Notes: a model not told the origin generated them from the letters alone. Positions 39,956-48,533 are shown, counted from the stretch's first letter. The stretch: DNA of 64,000 nt from an uncultured virus (IMG/VR IMGVR_UViG_3300034190_003093) (IMGVR_UViG_3300034190_003093:62001-126000), one strand, 5' to 3'. Program-made: numbers and translations.

Positions 39956-40384
39956 ATGAAAATTTTAATTTTTGGATTGCCAGGTAGTGGCAAGACTACA
40001 TTAGCAAAACCATTTGCAGATTTAATTGGTGGTGTGCATATCAATGCAGATGCAGTGCGTAAACATTACAACGATTGGGATTTTACACCAATAGGGCGTA
40101 TGCGTCAAGCAGTACGTATGCGACACTTGGCAGATGGTGTTGTTATGGCAGGCAAAATTGCTGTGGCAGACTTTGTTTGTCCTACTCGCAGGTTTCGATT
40201 AGAGTTTGATGCAGACTTTACAGTTTGGATGGATACCATCAAAGAGAGTCGATTTGACGATACAAATAAAATGTTCGAAGAACCACTGGAATGTGACTAT
40301 CATGTAAGTAAATGGTTCACTGACACTCCAACAGTGTTAACTAACGTTATTGCACGATGGAGGATAAAGAATGAGCTTGACTAG
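39956..40384 (+). CDS. Adenylylsulfate-kinase-like P-loop kinase
   Basis: GLPGSGKTT, NAD.VR, DF...GR, FEEP. Confidence 0.8.
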   Translation: MKILIFGLPGSGKTTLAKPFADLIGGVHINADAVRKHYNDWDFTPIGRMRQAVRMRHLADGVVMAGKIAVADFVCPTRRFRLEFDADFTVWMDTIKESRFDDTNKMFEEPLECDYHVSKWFTDTPTVLTNVIARWRIKNELD

Positions 40385-40550
40385 AACTTTACAAGACGGT
40401 ACAGAAGTACCCGCTATTGATGTAGCTGTTGAACTTAACGTAATTACCAAGTGCCCAAGTAAGTGGCGACTAATTGACGACGAAACGGGTGTAGAATACA
40501 GAGGGCGTTTACCGTTGGATGGCGAATTACATTGGAAAAGAATAAAATAA
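40371..40550 (+). CDS. 59-aa hypothetical protein (not in ORF track)
   Basis: GGAGG RBS; MSLTRTLQDG...TKCPSKW...KRIK*. Confidence 0.55.
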   Translation: MSLTRTLQDGTEVPAIDVAVELNVITKCPSKWRLIDDETGVEYRGRLPLDGELHWKRIK

Positions 40551-40637
40551 GTCAGTGCAGGTTTGCTAGCAGCATAGACACGACTAGGCGTCACGAGTCG
40601 CCGCTGTGGCAGGGTTCGATTCCCTGGCTTGACTCCA
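40551..40637 (+). ncRNA. Aberrant tRNA-like RNA
   Basis: T-arm CAGGG-TTCGATT-CCCTG, acceptor-like stem and CCA; non-canonical D and anticodon arms. Confidence 0.6.
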
Positions 40638-40641
40638 AAAT

Positions 40642-41136
40642 TTATAAATTAGGATTATCACCCATACCCCAAACAGTTACCGCCCAGCGTGTGCCACTGG
40701 TTGGCGGTAGCGCCCTGTGTTCGGCAGTTGACGGAATAATAACTGCTTCGCCTTGCTGTAGATCGAATGTATGATCTCTTGTTTCAAAATGTGCGCCTGG
40801 CGCTGTTTGAAGTGTGCATGTTAGTGTAAGTATTCGAGAGCTAGTTCTTTTATCCACTGATTGGTCTGTGTGCCAGTGATAGTACTGCTCTTTTTCATAT
40901 TTAGAAATTTGGATAGGTTCTTGTATCCAGGATATATTGTAATCCTCGATATCCATCATAAGATTGCGTAACTTTTCAATATCTTTATAATCTATCCAAA
41001 ATATTTTATTATTTCTTATACTAGTATTATATTTCCCCCCGGCAATACCATCACTTTCAGCAAGTTCTTTTGTATCTTTAATAATTTGCTCACATTCTTC
41101 GGGTGTAAACAGTTGGAATGGGGTGTATAGTTTCAC
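40642..41136 (-). CDS. Prolyl-4-hydroxylase-like 2OG-Fe(II) oxygenase
   Basis: WHTD, H..LP..SG.R.A.T.W; ATAAATAC late promoter on the minus strand near 41160. Confidence 0.85.
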   Translation of the reverse strand: MKLYTPFQLFTPEECEQIIKDTKELAESDGIAGGKYNTSIRNNKIFWIDYKDIEKLRNLMMDIEDYNISWIQEPIQISKYEKEQYYHWHTDQSVDKRTSSRILTLTCTLQTAPGAHFETRDHTFDLQQGEAVIIPSTAEHRALPPTSGTRWAVTVWGMGDNPNL

Positions 41137-41254
41137 AGTAAAAATCCTTTGTGCTGTATTTATTATTCAGTATTAAACAGGTATAACTTGTGCAAGTTTA
41201 CGCTAACATTGCGGAACCGTTGTAAATACAAATACAACAAGGAAAGGTCCCACC

Positions 41255-41497
41255 ATGTGCAGTCCATATGTACGTAAAGAAGCCAACCGTTTTAATTGGA
41301 TCATCAAAGGCCAATTAATTGACAAGTCCGAATCAGACACAACCATCAAAAAATTATACGATTCATATTTCAAAAGAATTTGGGGTAATCACGAAAATGT
41401 TGTGCACGAGGACGGGTTTGAACGAGCTTACAAATTTAGGCTAAATGAAATACACGAAGAAGAACGTGAAAAAGTTGCAGTGCTAGGCTACGATTAA
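41255..41497 (+). CDS. Hypothetical protein
   Basis: Late-type TAAATA and AAGG upstream. Confidence 0.55.
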   Translation: MCSPYVRKEANRFNWIIKGQLIDKSESDTTIKKLYDSYFKRIWGNHENVVHEDGFERAYKFRLNEIHEEEREKVAVLGYD

Positions 41498-41551
41498 GGT
41501 TGACAACATGTCTTTAATATGCTATATTAACGTATAACATAGAGGTGCAAT

Positions 41552-41755
41552 ATGTCAAAGTTTGGTCCAAAAGTTTACACCAGTGAGATCATCAATACTA
41601 AAAAGCATTGGTTGGTTAACACAGTGTGGAATGCTGTTGGCAGCAAAGGTAACATCTATAATATAGAAATGTTGGACAAAGGCTTTACTTGCGATTGTCC
41701 AGCTTTTAAAAAATGCAAGCATATAAAATCTGTAGAAGAAAAGTTATCAGCATGA
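41552..41755 (+). CDS. SWIM zinc-finger protein
   Basis: CDCP....CKH; GAGG RBS; early promoter near 41500. Confidence 0.75.
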   Translation: MSKFGPKVYTSEIINTKKHWLVNTVWNAVGSKGNIYNIEMLDKGFTCDCPAFKKCKHIKSVEEKLSA

Positions 41756-41931
41756 GTACCCAAACGTTCAATGAAGTCAGTACAGCAGATCTGCGTAAAA
41801 TATTCAAAGACAATGGATTAGAGTATCTTATTAAAAAACAAAAAGGCAATGTAGTAAAAGTATGCTTTTTAGTTAATGACGATGAATAATAATCAGCACT
41901 AAATATAGTAATACTATACAAGGAAATAAAA

Positions 41932-42096
41932 ATGAGTATGATTAAAAAACTATCAAGCAAAATTGCCAGTGTTTTTGGAAAAAAAGCACCTGCACCTGCT
42001 AAAAAGAAGCCAGCAGCTAAAAAAGCACCTGCTAAGAAGCCAGTGGCCAAGAAGCCAGCAGCTAAAAAAGCACCTGCTAAGAAGACTAAAAAATAA
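41932..42096 (+). CDS. 54-aa histone H1-like PAKK-repeat protein (not in ORF track)
   Basis: MSMIKKLSSKIASVFGKKAPAPAKKKPAAKKAPAKKPVAKKPAAKKAPAKKTKK*; AAGGA RBS. Confidence 0.75.
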   Translation: MSMIKKLSSKIASVFGKKAPAPAKKKPAAKKAPAKKPVAKKPAAKKAPAKKTKK

Positions 42097-42112
42097 CAGC
42101 CGGAGTGGCACG

Positions 42113-42529
42113 GTGGATATCCAACATCAACCAATCTTCGATACAGCAAAAATAGAAAAGCTCTACTCTGAAAAAGACAATGTAACAGTAAAGTATGTTT
42201 GCACAAGTGCAACCAACAAAAATGCTACATATGCAGCTGATGTTTATTATCGTGCCACTCCGCATCCTGAATATGGTAATCACTATTTCGGGTTATACAA
42301 AAACCCTCACGCTACTGGAAATGTAATAATTGCTAATGCCGACACCATTGAAGCATTGGCATTTGGCATGATTGAAGCTGATGGTAAATATCATTACAGT
42401 CAGCATCGACATGATTACAAAGTAATTGAAGACAAGATGATTGACGGTGGTCGTGCTTATATCCGTAGTGGTGCGCACGAAGTAGAAGTATTTAAAATAC
42501 AGGATGGAGAGTTTATAACCTCCAAGTAA
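42113..42529 (+). CDS. Hypothetical protein
   Basis: GGAG RBS and GTG start; C-terminal IDGGRAYIR. Confidence 0.55.
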   Translation: MDIQHQPIFDTAKIEKLYSEKDNVTVKYVCTSATNKNATYAADVYYRATPHPEYGNHYFGLYKNPHATGNVIIANADTIEALAFGMIEADGKYHYSQHRHDYKVIEDKMIDGGRAYIRSGAHEVEVFKIQDGEFITSK

Positions 42530-42538
42530 TCGTATAAC

Positions 42539-42979
42539 ATGCATGCCAGAATTGATTTAGACAAAACTAATTACAGCCCGGATGCTATACAGCAAATAGA
42601 CTTAAAAGTTCGATTAATACGAGCATTTAACACAGACGAACTTGACAAAATTTATATCTCATACTGTCAGTACAAGAAATTTCCCAGTGTTATGCCACTG
42701 TTCAGTGACGAATACTTGTACCCACAGTCAGATGTATTTGCATACTACGATAACGAAGTAATGGTAGGGTTTACATTGATGTTTCGGTATAATACAAAAA
42801 ATGTAGCTGCAAATCAATTTGCTTGGACATATCATAAACCTAAAATACGACTGGGTATTCGCAGTCTGCACTATATTTGTGCTTATTACAAACAAGAAGG
42901 ATTCAAACATTTGTACCTTGGTGATGCTGCTAGTTATAAACAATATCTCGATGGGTTTGAATTGTGTGGTCCAGCATGA
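42539..42979 (+). CDS. Aminoacyl-tRNA-protein transferase (ATE/Bpt C-terminal)-like GNAT
   Basis: W.Y..P..RLG..SL......K..G...LYLG....YK pattern. Confidence 0.55.
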   Translation: MHARIDLDKTNYSPDAIQQIDLKVRLIRAFNTDELDKIYISYCQYKKFPSVMPLFSDEYLYPQSDVFAYYDNEVMVGFTLMFRYNTKNVAANQFAWTYHKPKIRLGIRSLHYICAYYKQEGFKHLYLGDAASYKQYLDGFELCGPA

Positions 42980-43122
42980 ACAATTGGATTGATATAGATA
43001 ACTTCTTGCGTGGACTTATTGTTGCATCCAAGGACAACGAACAACTATATGCTGATGCTATGAAGAAGTTTAATTGGAATCGCAGTCAAGCAACGGCAGC
43101 AATTGAACCTTTAAAAAATAGG

Positions 43123-43153
43123 TTGACAAACAACTAATACTAGTGTATAAATA
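43123..43153 (+). promoter_or_regulatory. Dual early/late promoter of tmRNA
   Basis: TTGACA-17nt-TATAAA, extending to TATAAATA. Confidence 0.7.
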
Positions 43154-43159
43154 GATTGT

Positions 43160-43438
43160 AACGTTGAAGTGATGTGAATACGGACAGGACCGCGGGGCAG
43201 TACCGCGCTGCTCCACCATAATTACTTTGTAGCGTAAAAACTACAAATTTACGGCGTAGAGTAATTATGATGGGGCAGAACTAGGATCGACTGACGAGAT
43301 AGCAGAGTGGAGTTACCGGGATGTAAGCGCCGTTACCGCGAACAAACTTTCTAAATGCAAACGCAAATAGAGCGCCAGAAATGGCAATGGCAGCCTAGTT
43401 AGGCTCCCGGGGTGGATCACCTAGCAACAGAACGATCA
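43160..43438 (+). ncRNA. ssrA: Circularly permuted (two-piece) tmRNA; outer ends approximate
   Basis: T-arm and CTGCTCCACCA end at 43218; GGGGCAG 5' strand at 43272 with G3.U70; tag ANANRAPEMAMAA* at 43357-43398. Confidence 0.92.
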
Positions 43439-43439
43439 A

Positions 43440-43472
43440 GAGAGTGTTGCAGCAATGTGACATTCTCATTTT
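43440..43472 (+). terminator. Hairpin terminator after tmRNA
   Basis: GAGAGTGTTGCA-GCAA-TGTGACATTCTC followed by ATTTT. Confidence 0.6.
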
Positions 43473-43589
43473 ATCTTATTACAAAATCGCTGGATTTTGC
43501 ATTTTTACAAGGTAGGTCTACATAATTAATACGTTGAGCAAAAGAGAATCCTGCTCACGAGAAAATCATTAATTATGAGGAAATTTAAA

Positions 43590-44393
43590 ATGCGTACATT
43601 CGTACTAGCAACGGTAGCTGCAATGATTGCTACATCTGCACTAGCAGAAGACACAGCAACTCCGGTTGCTCCAGTATTGTCAGGTGCAATAAATCTTGAC
43701 TTTGCTGAAAACGGAAGCAACAAATACAAAGGCACAATGGGTGTTGAACTAGACATTGATGCAGGCGATGTTGCAACTGTTGACCTAGACTTTAAAGCAA
43801 CAGACGGCAATTCATTGACATTAGACACATGGACTGTAGGAACTACAGTAAACGGTCTCGACCTAGCATTTGGTGACAACAACAACCTAATGCCAGAAAC
43901 AACAGCGGCTGCAGGTGCTACTGGTACACTAACAAAACCAGCAATGACCGAGTCACTAATGGTAACATCAGGTGCAGCAAGTGTAGCAATTGGTCTTTCC
44001 AGCTACACAACAGACATTGCAGAAGTAAGCAACCTACAAGGTGCATACACAATGGATGCAGGTATTGCAGACGTAACAGCAAGTGTAGATTATAACCGTA
44101 CAAGTAAAAACTATGTATGGGGCGGTGAACTTTCCGGAATTAATGCAGGATCACTAGAATTGGGTAGTCTACTCACATATGACAATGATGCAAATCATTG
44201 GGCATACGAGGGTACGGTAAATGCTGATAATGGTCTCACAGCATACATCAACGGTGACGAAGATGACATGAGTCAAAACATTGGCGGCGAGCATGTAATG
44301 GGTTTCGCAGGTGCTGAATTAACATCGGGCATCAACTATGACCTTAACACTGAAGACCTAACACCAAAAGTAAGCCTATCCTTTAAATTCTAA
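43590..44393 (+). CDS. Outer-membrane porin-like protein
   Basis: Signal peptide ending ALA, alternating beta strands, terminal LSFKF. Confidence 0.75.
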   Translation: MRTFVLATVAAMIATSALAEDTATPVAPVLSGAINLDFAENGSNKYKGTMGVELDIDAGDVATVDLDFKATDGNSLTLDTWTVGTTVNGLDLAFGDNNNLMPETTAAAGATGTLTKPAMTESLMVTSGAASVAIGLSSYTTDIAEVSNLQGAYTMDAGIADVTASVDYNRTSKNYVWGGELSGINAGSLELGSLLTYDNDANHWAYEGTVNADNGLTAYINGDEDDMSQNIGGEHVMGFAGAELTSGINYDLNTEDLTPKVSLSFKF

Positions 44394-44422
44394 GAATTTA
44401 AAAATATAAAAACAACGGCACC

Positions 44423-44448
44423 AAGGGGCGTTTCGGCGCCCCTTTATT
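44423..44448 (+). terminator. Rho-independent terminator
   Basis: AAGGGGCG-TTTCGG-CGCCCCTT followed by TATT. Confidence 0.8.
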
Positions 44449-44464
44449 ACTGGCTAAATATTAG

Positions 44465-45055
44465 ATGCAAATAGTTTACATACACGGCGCAACTGCAAGC
44501 AATCGAAGTTTTGCTTATATACAGCAAAGCATTCAAGCAATGGATCCAATATATCTTGATTATGACAAGGAAGATAGTGCAGAAAATAATCTAGATCGTA
44601 TGATTAATAGGTTGACAAACATTAACAAACCAGTGTATTATATAACACACAGTTTGGGAGGTATATACGGAGTGCATTTGCAAAATTGTATACCAAACAG
44701 TGTAGGTGCTATAAGTTTGGCAACACCATTTAATGGCAGTGAAATAGCTGCATGGAGCACATTGTTTGTTCCGCATTATCAGTTGTTCAAAGATATAACA
44801 TCAAGAAGTAAATTTATCTCAACAAGCAAGGGGATAAATATCGACATACCATGGATGCAGATTGTTACCACTGTAGGAGATGTACCATGGTTGGTTGGGG
44901 AAAATGACGGTGTGGTTACTCGTTCCAGTATGACATGCAGGGATGATGTAGAATACGCAACAGTGGACCGCAATCACTACGAAATTGTGCAATCACAACG
45001 AGTAGTAGACTATATTAAAACACACATGACACACACAAAGGAAAAAATATCATGA
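44465..45055 (+). CDS. Alpha/beta hydrolase
   Basis: IHG, THSLGG, TPFNGS, NDGVV, NH. Confidence 0.85.
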   Translation: MQIVYIHGATASNRSFAYIQQSIQAMDPIYLDYDKEDSAENNLDRMINRLTNINKPVYYITHSLGGIYGVHLQNCIPNSVGAISLATPFNGSEIAAWSTLFVPHYQLFKDITSRSKFISTSKGINIDIPWMQIVTTVGDVPWLVGENDGVVTRSSMTCRDDVEYATVDRNHYEIVQSQRVVDYIKTHMTHTKEKIS

Positions 45056-45321
45056 ATAAGAACCCATTTGAAATCCGCCTTGAAACACTAAAGATGGCAA
45101 AAGACATGCTGGACAAACAAGTTGAAATGCAAGAGTCTTTTACAAAACAAGCACTTGACGTATGGAAAGAGCAAGGCAAAGATATTGCCGAATTTTGGGC
45201 TGATTTCACACCTAAAATGTATCAGCCAGAAGAGATTGTTGAAAAAGCCAACGAGCTGTACAGCTTTGTAAGCAGCAATCTACGCACTGTATCTGGCGGA
45301 AAAGGCAAAGACGCAGCCTAA
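45052..45321 (+). CDS. T4-like hypothetical protein
   Basis: NPFEIRLE.L.MAK and KA.ELY.FV motifs. Confidence 0.6.
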   Translation: MNKNPFEIRLETLKMAKDMLDKQVEMQESFTKQALDVWKEQGKDIAEFWADFTPKMYQPEEIVEKANELYSFVSSNLRTVSGGKGKDAA

Positions 45322-45459
45322 TTATTTGCGCTAATGTCAACAATAATGGTTGACATATTATTTACTAACCTATATACTAATACTATAAACAAGCATACAC
45401 AGTCTGGAGATTCTAGATTGTGTATGCAGTTAGTAACGACATATAATTAGGAGAATACC

Positions 45460-45717
45460 ATGGCTCGAATCAGTAACAATAAAGGCCGCAAAAACGTTGG
45501 TGGATCGCCATATGATCTCATTGTGATTGCAGTAGAACGTGCACGGCAAATTGGTCGCGGCGACCCTCCACTTATTACCAAGCCGGGCAACAAAGCTATG
45601 ACAGCACTTCGCGAAATTGAACAAGGGTTGGTTGGTCGTGAACTAATGGAAGAAATCATCACTAGGCATCAAGAAGAAAAAGACGAAGAAGAAGATAACC
45701 TGGCTAATTATGTATAA
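45460..45717 (+). CDS. rpoZ: RNA polymerase omega subunit homologue
   Basis: SPYDLIVIAVERARQI...K...ALREIEQG; AGGAG RBS; early promoter near 45350. Confidence 0.8.
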   Translation: MARISNNKGRKNVGGSPYDLIVIAVERARQIGRGDPPLITKPGNKAMTALREIEQGLVGRELMEEIITRHQEEKDEEEDNLANYV

Positions 45718-45740
45718 TAATTAGAACATGGAGACCGACA

Positions 45741-46331
45741 ATGAATTTCTTTAAAAAGCTATTGCAAGTTGTTGCAATTGTATTTGTAACCAGTCCTGCA
45801 TTTGCACAGGACACAGACGGATTAACTATTTGTAATGGACAGTTTGCATTGTGTGCTGCTAGCGCATGTGTGCCAACTGGCGGCACAATTACCAACAGTC
45901 AAGGTGTTGAATATCCGGAAGTTGAATGCTCGTGCCCAATTCTCAAAGGCAATAACATAGCAGATGTTAATGCAGGCAACATGCAAGGTTCATGTGAACC
46001 CACAGATGAAAATCATGTGTGGAGCACATTTTGGCCACGTTTCGAATATCCTCGCCAACAAAATGATTTTTCTCACAACAAAAAAGACATGCGAGCCAGT
46101 ATTCAAGAATGCCCAAGTGAGTTAAAGCAAGGTTACAATGCAAGCAATTGCTTTAGCTGGAACTGCGAAATTGGTAAGAACGGCTTAGCAAAGTGTAGTT
46201 GCCCAATGGGACAGTCACCAGCAGAAACTCCTTTCTTAATCGAAACGTTGCCAGAAGAATTTCCCAAACGTTGCTTCGAGCATCCAGTTAGTTTGCCGCT
46301 GGCGACTATAAAAAAGTTAGAATTAGAGTAA
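45741..46331 (+). CDS. Secreted cysteine-rich protein
   Basis: Signal peptide ending AFA; about 12 Cys. Confidence 0.65.
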   Translation: MNFFKKLLQVVAIVFVTSPAFAQDTDGLTICNGQFALCAASACVPTGGTITNSQGVEYPEVECSCPILKGNNIADVNAGNMQGSCEPTDENHVWSTFWPRFEYPRQQNDFSHNKKDMRASIQECPSELKQGYNASNCFSWNCEIGKNGLAKCSCPMGQSPAETPFLIETLPEEFPKRCFEHPVSLPLATIKKLELE

Positions 46332-46391
46332 AAAAAAGCAATATAGAGGTTGACATTTGGTACGTGAGCCACTATATTAGTATTAAGTTAT

Positions 46392-46466
46392 TCCGACGTA
46401 GCTCAGTGGTAGAGCAGTTGACTGTTAATCAATTGGTCGTAGGTTCGACCCCTACCGTCGGAGCCA
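46392..46466 (+). tRNA. tRNA-Asn(GTT)
   Basis: Cloverleaf, loop CTGTTAA, CCA. Confidence 0.95.
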
Positions 46467-46474
46467 GAATAAAT

Positions 46475-46562
46475 GGACAGTTGGCCGAGTGGTCGAAGGC
46501 AGCGGATTACTAATCCGCCGAACCGAAAGGTTCCGTGGGTTCGAATCCCACACTGTCTGCCA
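46475..46562 (+). tRNA. tRNA-Ser with unusual ACT anticodon
   Basis: Type II, long variable arm, G73, GCGGA-TTACTAA-TCCGC, CCA. Confidence 0.9.
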
Positions 46563-46741
46563 GACACGTTAGGTTGCTCCTAACTAGTATGGGTTACCAA
46601 ATCCCATATGATTGAAGTGATGTCGCAGTCACAAAAAAAAGGTCGATGCAAGTATGCCGGCAAGTGTATGTCGTTAGTGGGAAGCGTGGAGTAACCTCTA
46701 GAGGATTATTTTGAAGCGGTACTCACATACACCCCTAATTT

Positions 46742-46816
46742 GTCCCGTTCGTCTATCGGTTAGGACTACGGCTTTTCAAGCCGTCAAGAGGGGTTCGATT
46801 CCCCTACGGGATGCCA
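46742..46816 (+). tRNA. tRNA-Glu(TTC)
   Basis: ACGGC-TTTTCAA-GCCGT, CCA. Confidence 0.95.
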
Positions 46817-46834
46817 AAATACAAGGTTGATATA

Positions 46835-48028
46835 ATGAAAAAGTTGACGGAGAATTTTTGTGTAGCCCCGTTTATACAATGCACTACACATCCGTCAACT
46901 AGCTTTTCCCCTTGCCCGTATCTTGGTGGCACAACATGGAAAGCATCAGGCAACAGCATACTAGAGCAATGGCGTAGCAGCGAAATTGAACAACTGCGCC
47001 AGGACTTTATTAACAATAAAAAAAGCCCTGTGTGCAACCGCTGCTGGCACGAAGAAGAAAACAATAAAAAAAGCTTGCGGCAGCGATTGTTTGATCCAGT
47101 TAATTCAACAAGTGAATACTCTTTTATTGATTCCGAGACATATGCTGACGAATTAATTAACCGAGTTAACAGCGGTGACTATCTCAGTGGCCCAGAGGTG
47201 TTGACTATCAAGAATGGAAACATATGCAATGCTAAATGTAGAGTGTGTCATCCAGGTGATAGCAATCGCTGGATAGCCGATAGCGTAAAACTAAAAAAAC
47301 TTACCGGGAAAGAATACTATGTAACCAATCAGGCTGCAACAAATTGGTCAGATGATCAACTCGAAGAAATACTCAACATGGCTCCTGGGTTAAAGCGTCT
47401 TGAATTATTCGGCGGCGAGCCTATGTATAATAAAAAAGTAATCAAACTTCTTGAACAATTAGTAAAGACTGGACACTCATCTCATATTGTATTATACATC
47501 AATACCAATGGCAGTGTTAACATTGTGCACAAAATACCAAATATTAAACATTTCCAAGAAGTTGAAATTGGTGTAAGCATCGACGGTATTGCTGATCATT
47601 TTGAATACATACGTCATGGGTTAAAATACGAAGTTGTTAAGAACAATATCGCAGATTGGAAAAAATATTTTGAAGAGCATAATGTAAAATACTACATTGA
47701 TTGTATCTGCACTGTAGGTGTATTAAACATTTTCTATCTACCCGAAATTAAAGCAGCTATCATGAATATTCTGCCATTGCCACCGTACTGGAATTTGCTG
47801 GTCGAGCCGGCATACTTGTTTATTAAAAACATGCCTGAATCGGTAAAGACAGCCGTGATAGAAAAACTCAGTCAAGACGAAGAATTCCAAGACTTGACTA
47901 ATGTTATCCAACAACCTAGGGATCCTGCCGAATGGGACAAATTTCTAGAAGTAAACGGGGCGTTGGATCAAATTCGCAAAGAAAACTTTCAAAAAACTTT
48001 TCCTGAATTTGCAAAATTAATTTTCTAA
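46835..48028 (+). CDS. Radical SAM protein with N-terminal twitch-like domain
   Basis: CVAPF..PC..C.RCW; CNAKCRVC; GGEP; TNG; SIDG. Confidence 0.88.
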   Translation: MKKLTENFCVAPFIQCTTHPSTSFSPCPYLGGTTWKASGNSILEQWRSSEIEQLRQDFINNKKSPVCNRCWHEEENNKKSLRQRLFDPVNSTSEYSFIDSETYADELINRVNSGDYLSGPEVLTIKNGNICNAKCRVCHPGDSNRWIADSVKLKKLTGKEYYVTNQAATNWSDDQLEEILNMAPGLKRLELFGGEPMYNKKVIKLLEQLVKTGHSSHIVLYINTNGSVNIVHKIPNIKHFQEVEIGVSIDGIADHFEYIRHGLKYEVVKNNIADWKKYFEEHNVKYYIDCICTVGVLNIFYLPEIKAAIMNILPLPPYWNLLVEPAYLFIKNMPESVKTAVIEKLSQDEEFQDLTNVIQQPRDPAEWDKFLEVNGALDQIRKENFQKTFPEFAKLIF

Positions 48029-48107
48029 AAATGGCATTTAGAGGTTGACCTTTTCTTTAGTTTCGGCTATACTGTATGTAACAGTTAGGCAAACAGGAGA
48101 CTACAAG

Positions 48108-48533
48108 ATGGCATATGTTTCACAAGAAATGAAAAAAGAACTTGCTCCAGCTATTAAAGCGGTATTGAAAAAATACAACGTAAAAGCCAGTATTAGTGTT
48201 TACAACCATTCCACAATTTGCGTTAATATTAAAAGTGGCCCAATTGATTTTATCAGCGAAGCCAATAAAAAGAACATGGAATTTGCTGAGCGCACAGGTC
48301 GTTCATATTACGAGTGCACTGGTTACCTTCAAGTAAACGATTGCTACCCAGAAACATACGGTGCTGCAAGTGACTTTCTAGTAGAGCTAGTAGATGCTAT
48401 GAAAGGTCCCAAATATTTTAACAACGATGATTCTCAGTCAGACTACTTTAGCCGTAGCCACTACACCGACATCAATGTAGGCAAGTGGAACAAGCCATAT
48501 GTTTGCACAGCTACAGTTTTAGAGGCAGCATAA
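48108..48533 (+). CDS. Early hypothetical protein with D..SDYF motif
   Basis: AGGAG RBS; early promoter at 48045; DDSQSDYF. Confidence 0.6.
   Translation: MAYVSQEMKKELAPAIKAVLKKYNVKASISVYNHSTICVNIKSGPIDFISEANKKNMEFAERTGRSYYECTGYLQVNDCYPETYGAASDFLVELVDAMKGPKYFNNDDSQSDYFSRSHYTDINVGKWNKPYVCTATVLEAA

Noticed and set aside
40551..40637. Selenocysteine or opal-suppressor tRNA reading (TCA in the loop)
   Set aside because: Loop is not the 7-nt YU-NNN-R form, there is no long variable arm, and no in-frame TGA genes were seen
40532..40774. 80-aa ORF across the tRNA-like element
   Set aside because: Overlaps a structured RNA and the antisense strand of the oxygenase gene; TTG start without RBS
41706..42212. 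168-aa minus-strand ORF with FLAGAFLAAG repeats
   Set aside because: Antisense shadow of the + strand PAKK-repeat gene, which has a promoter and RBS
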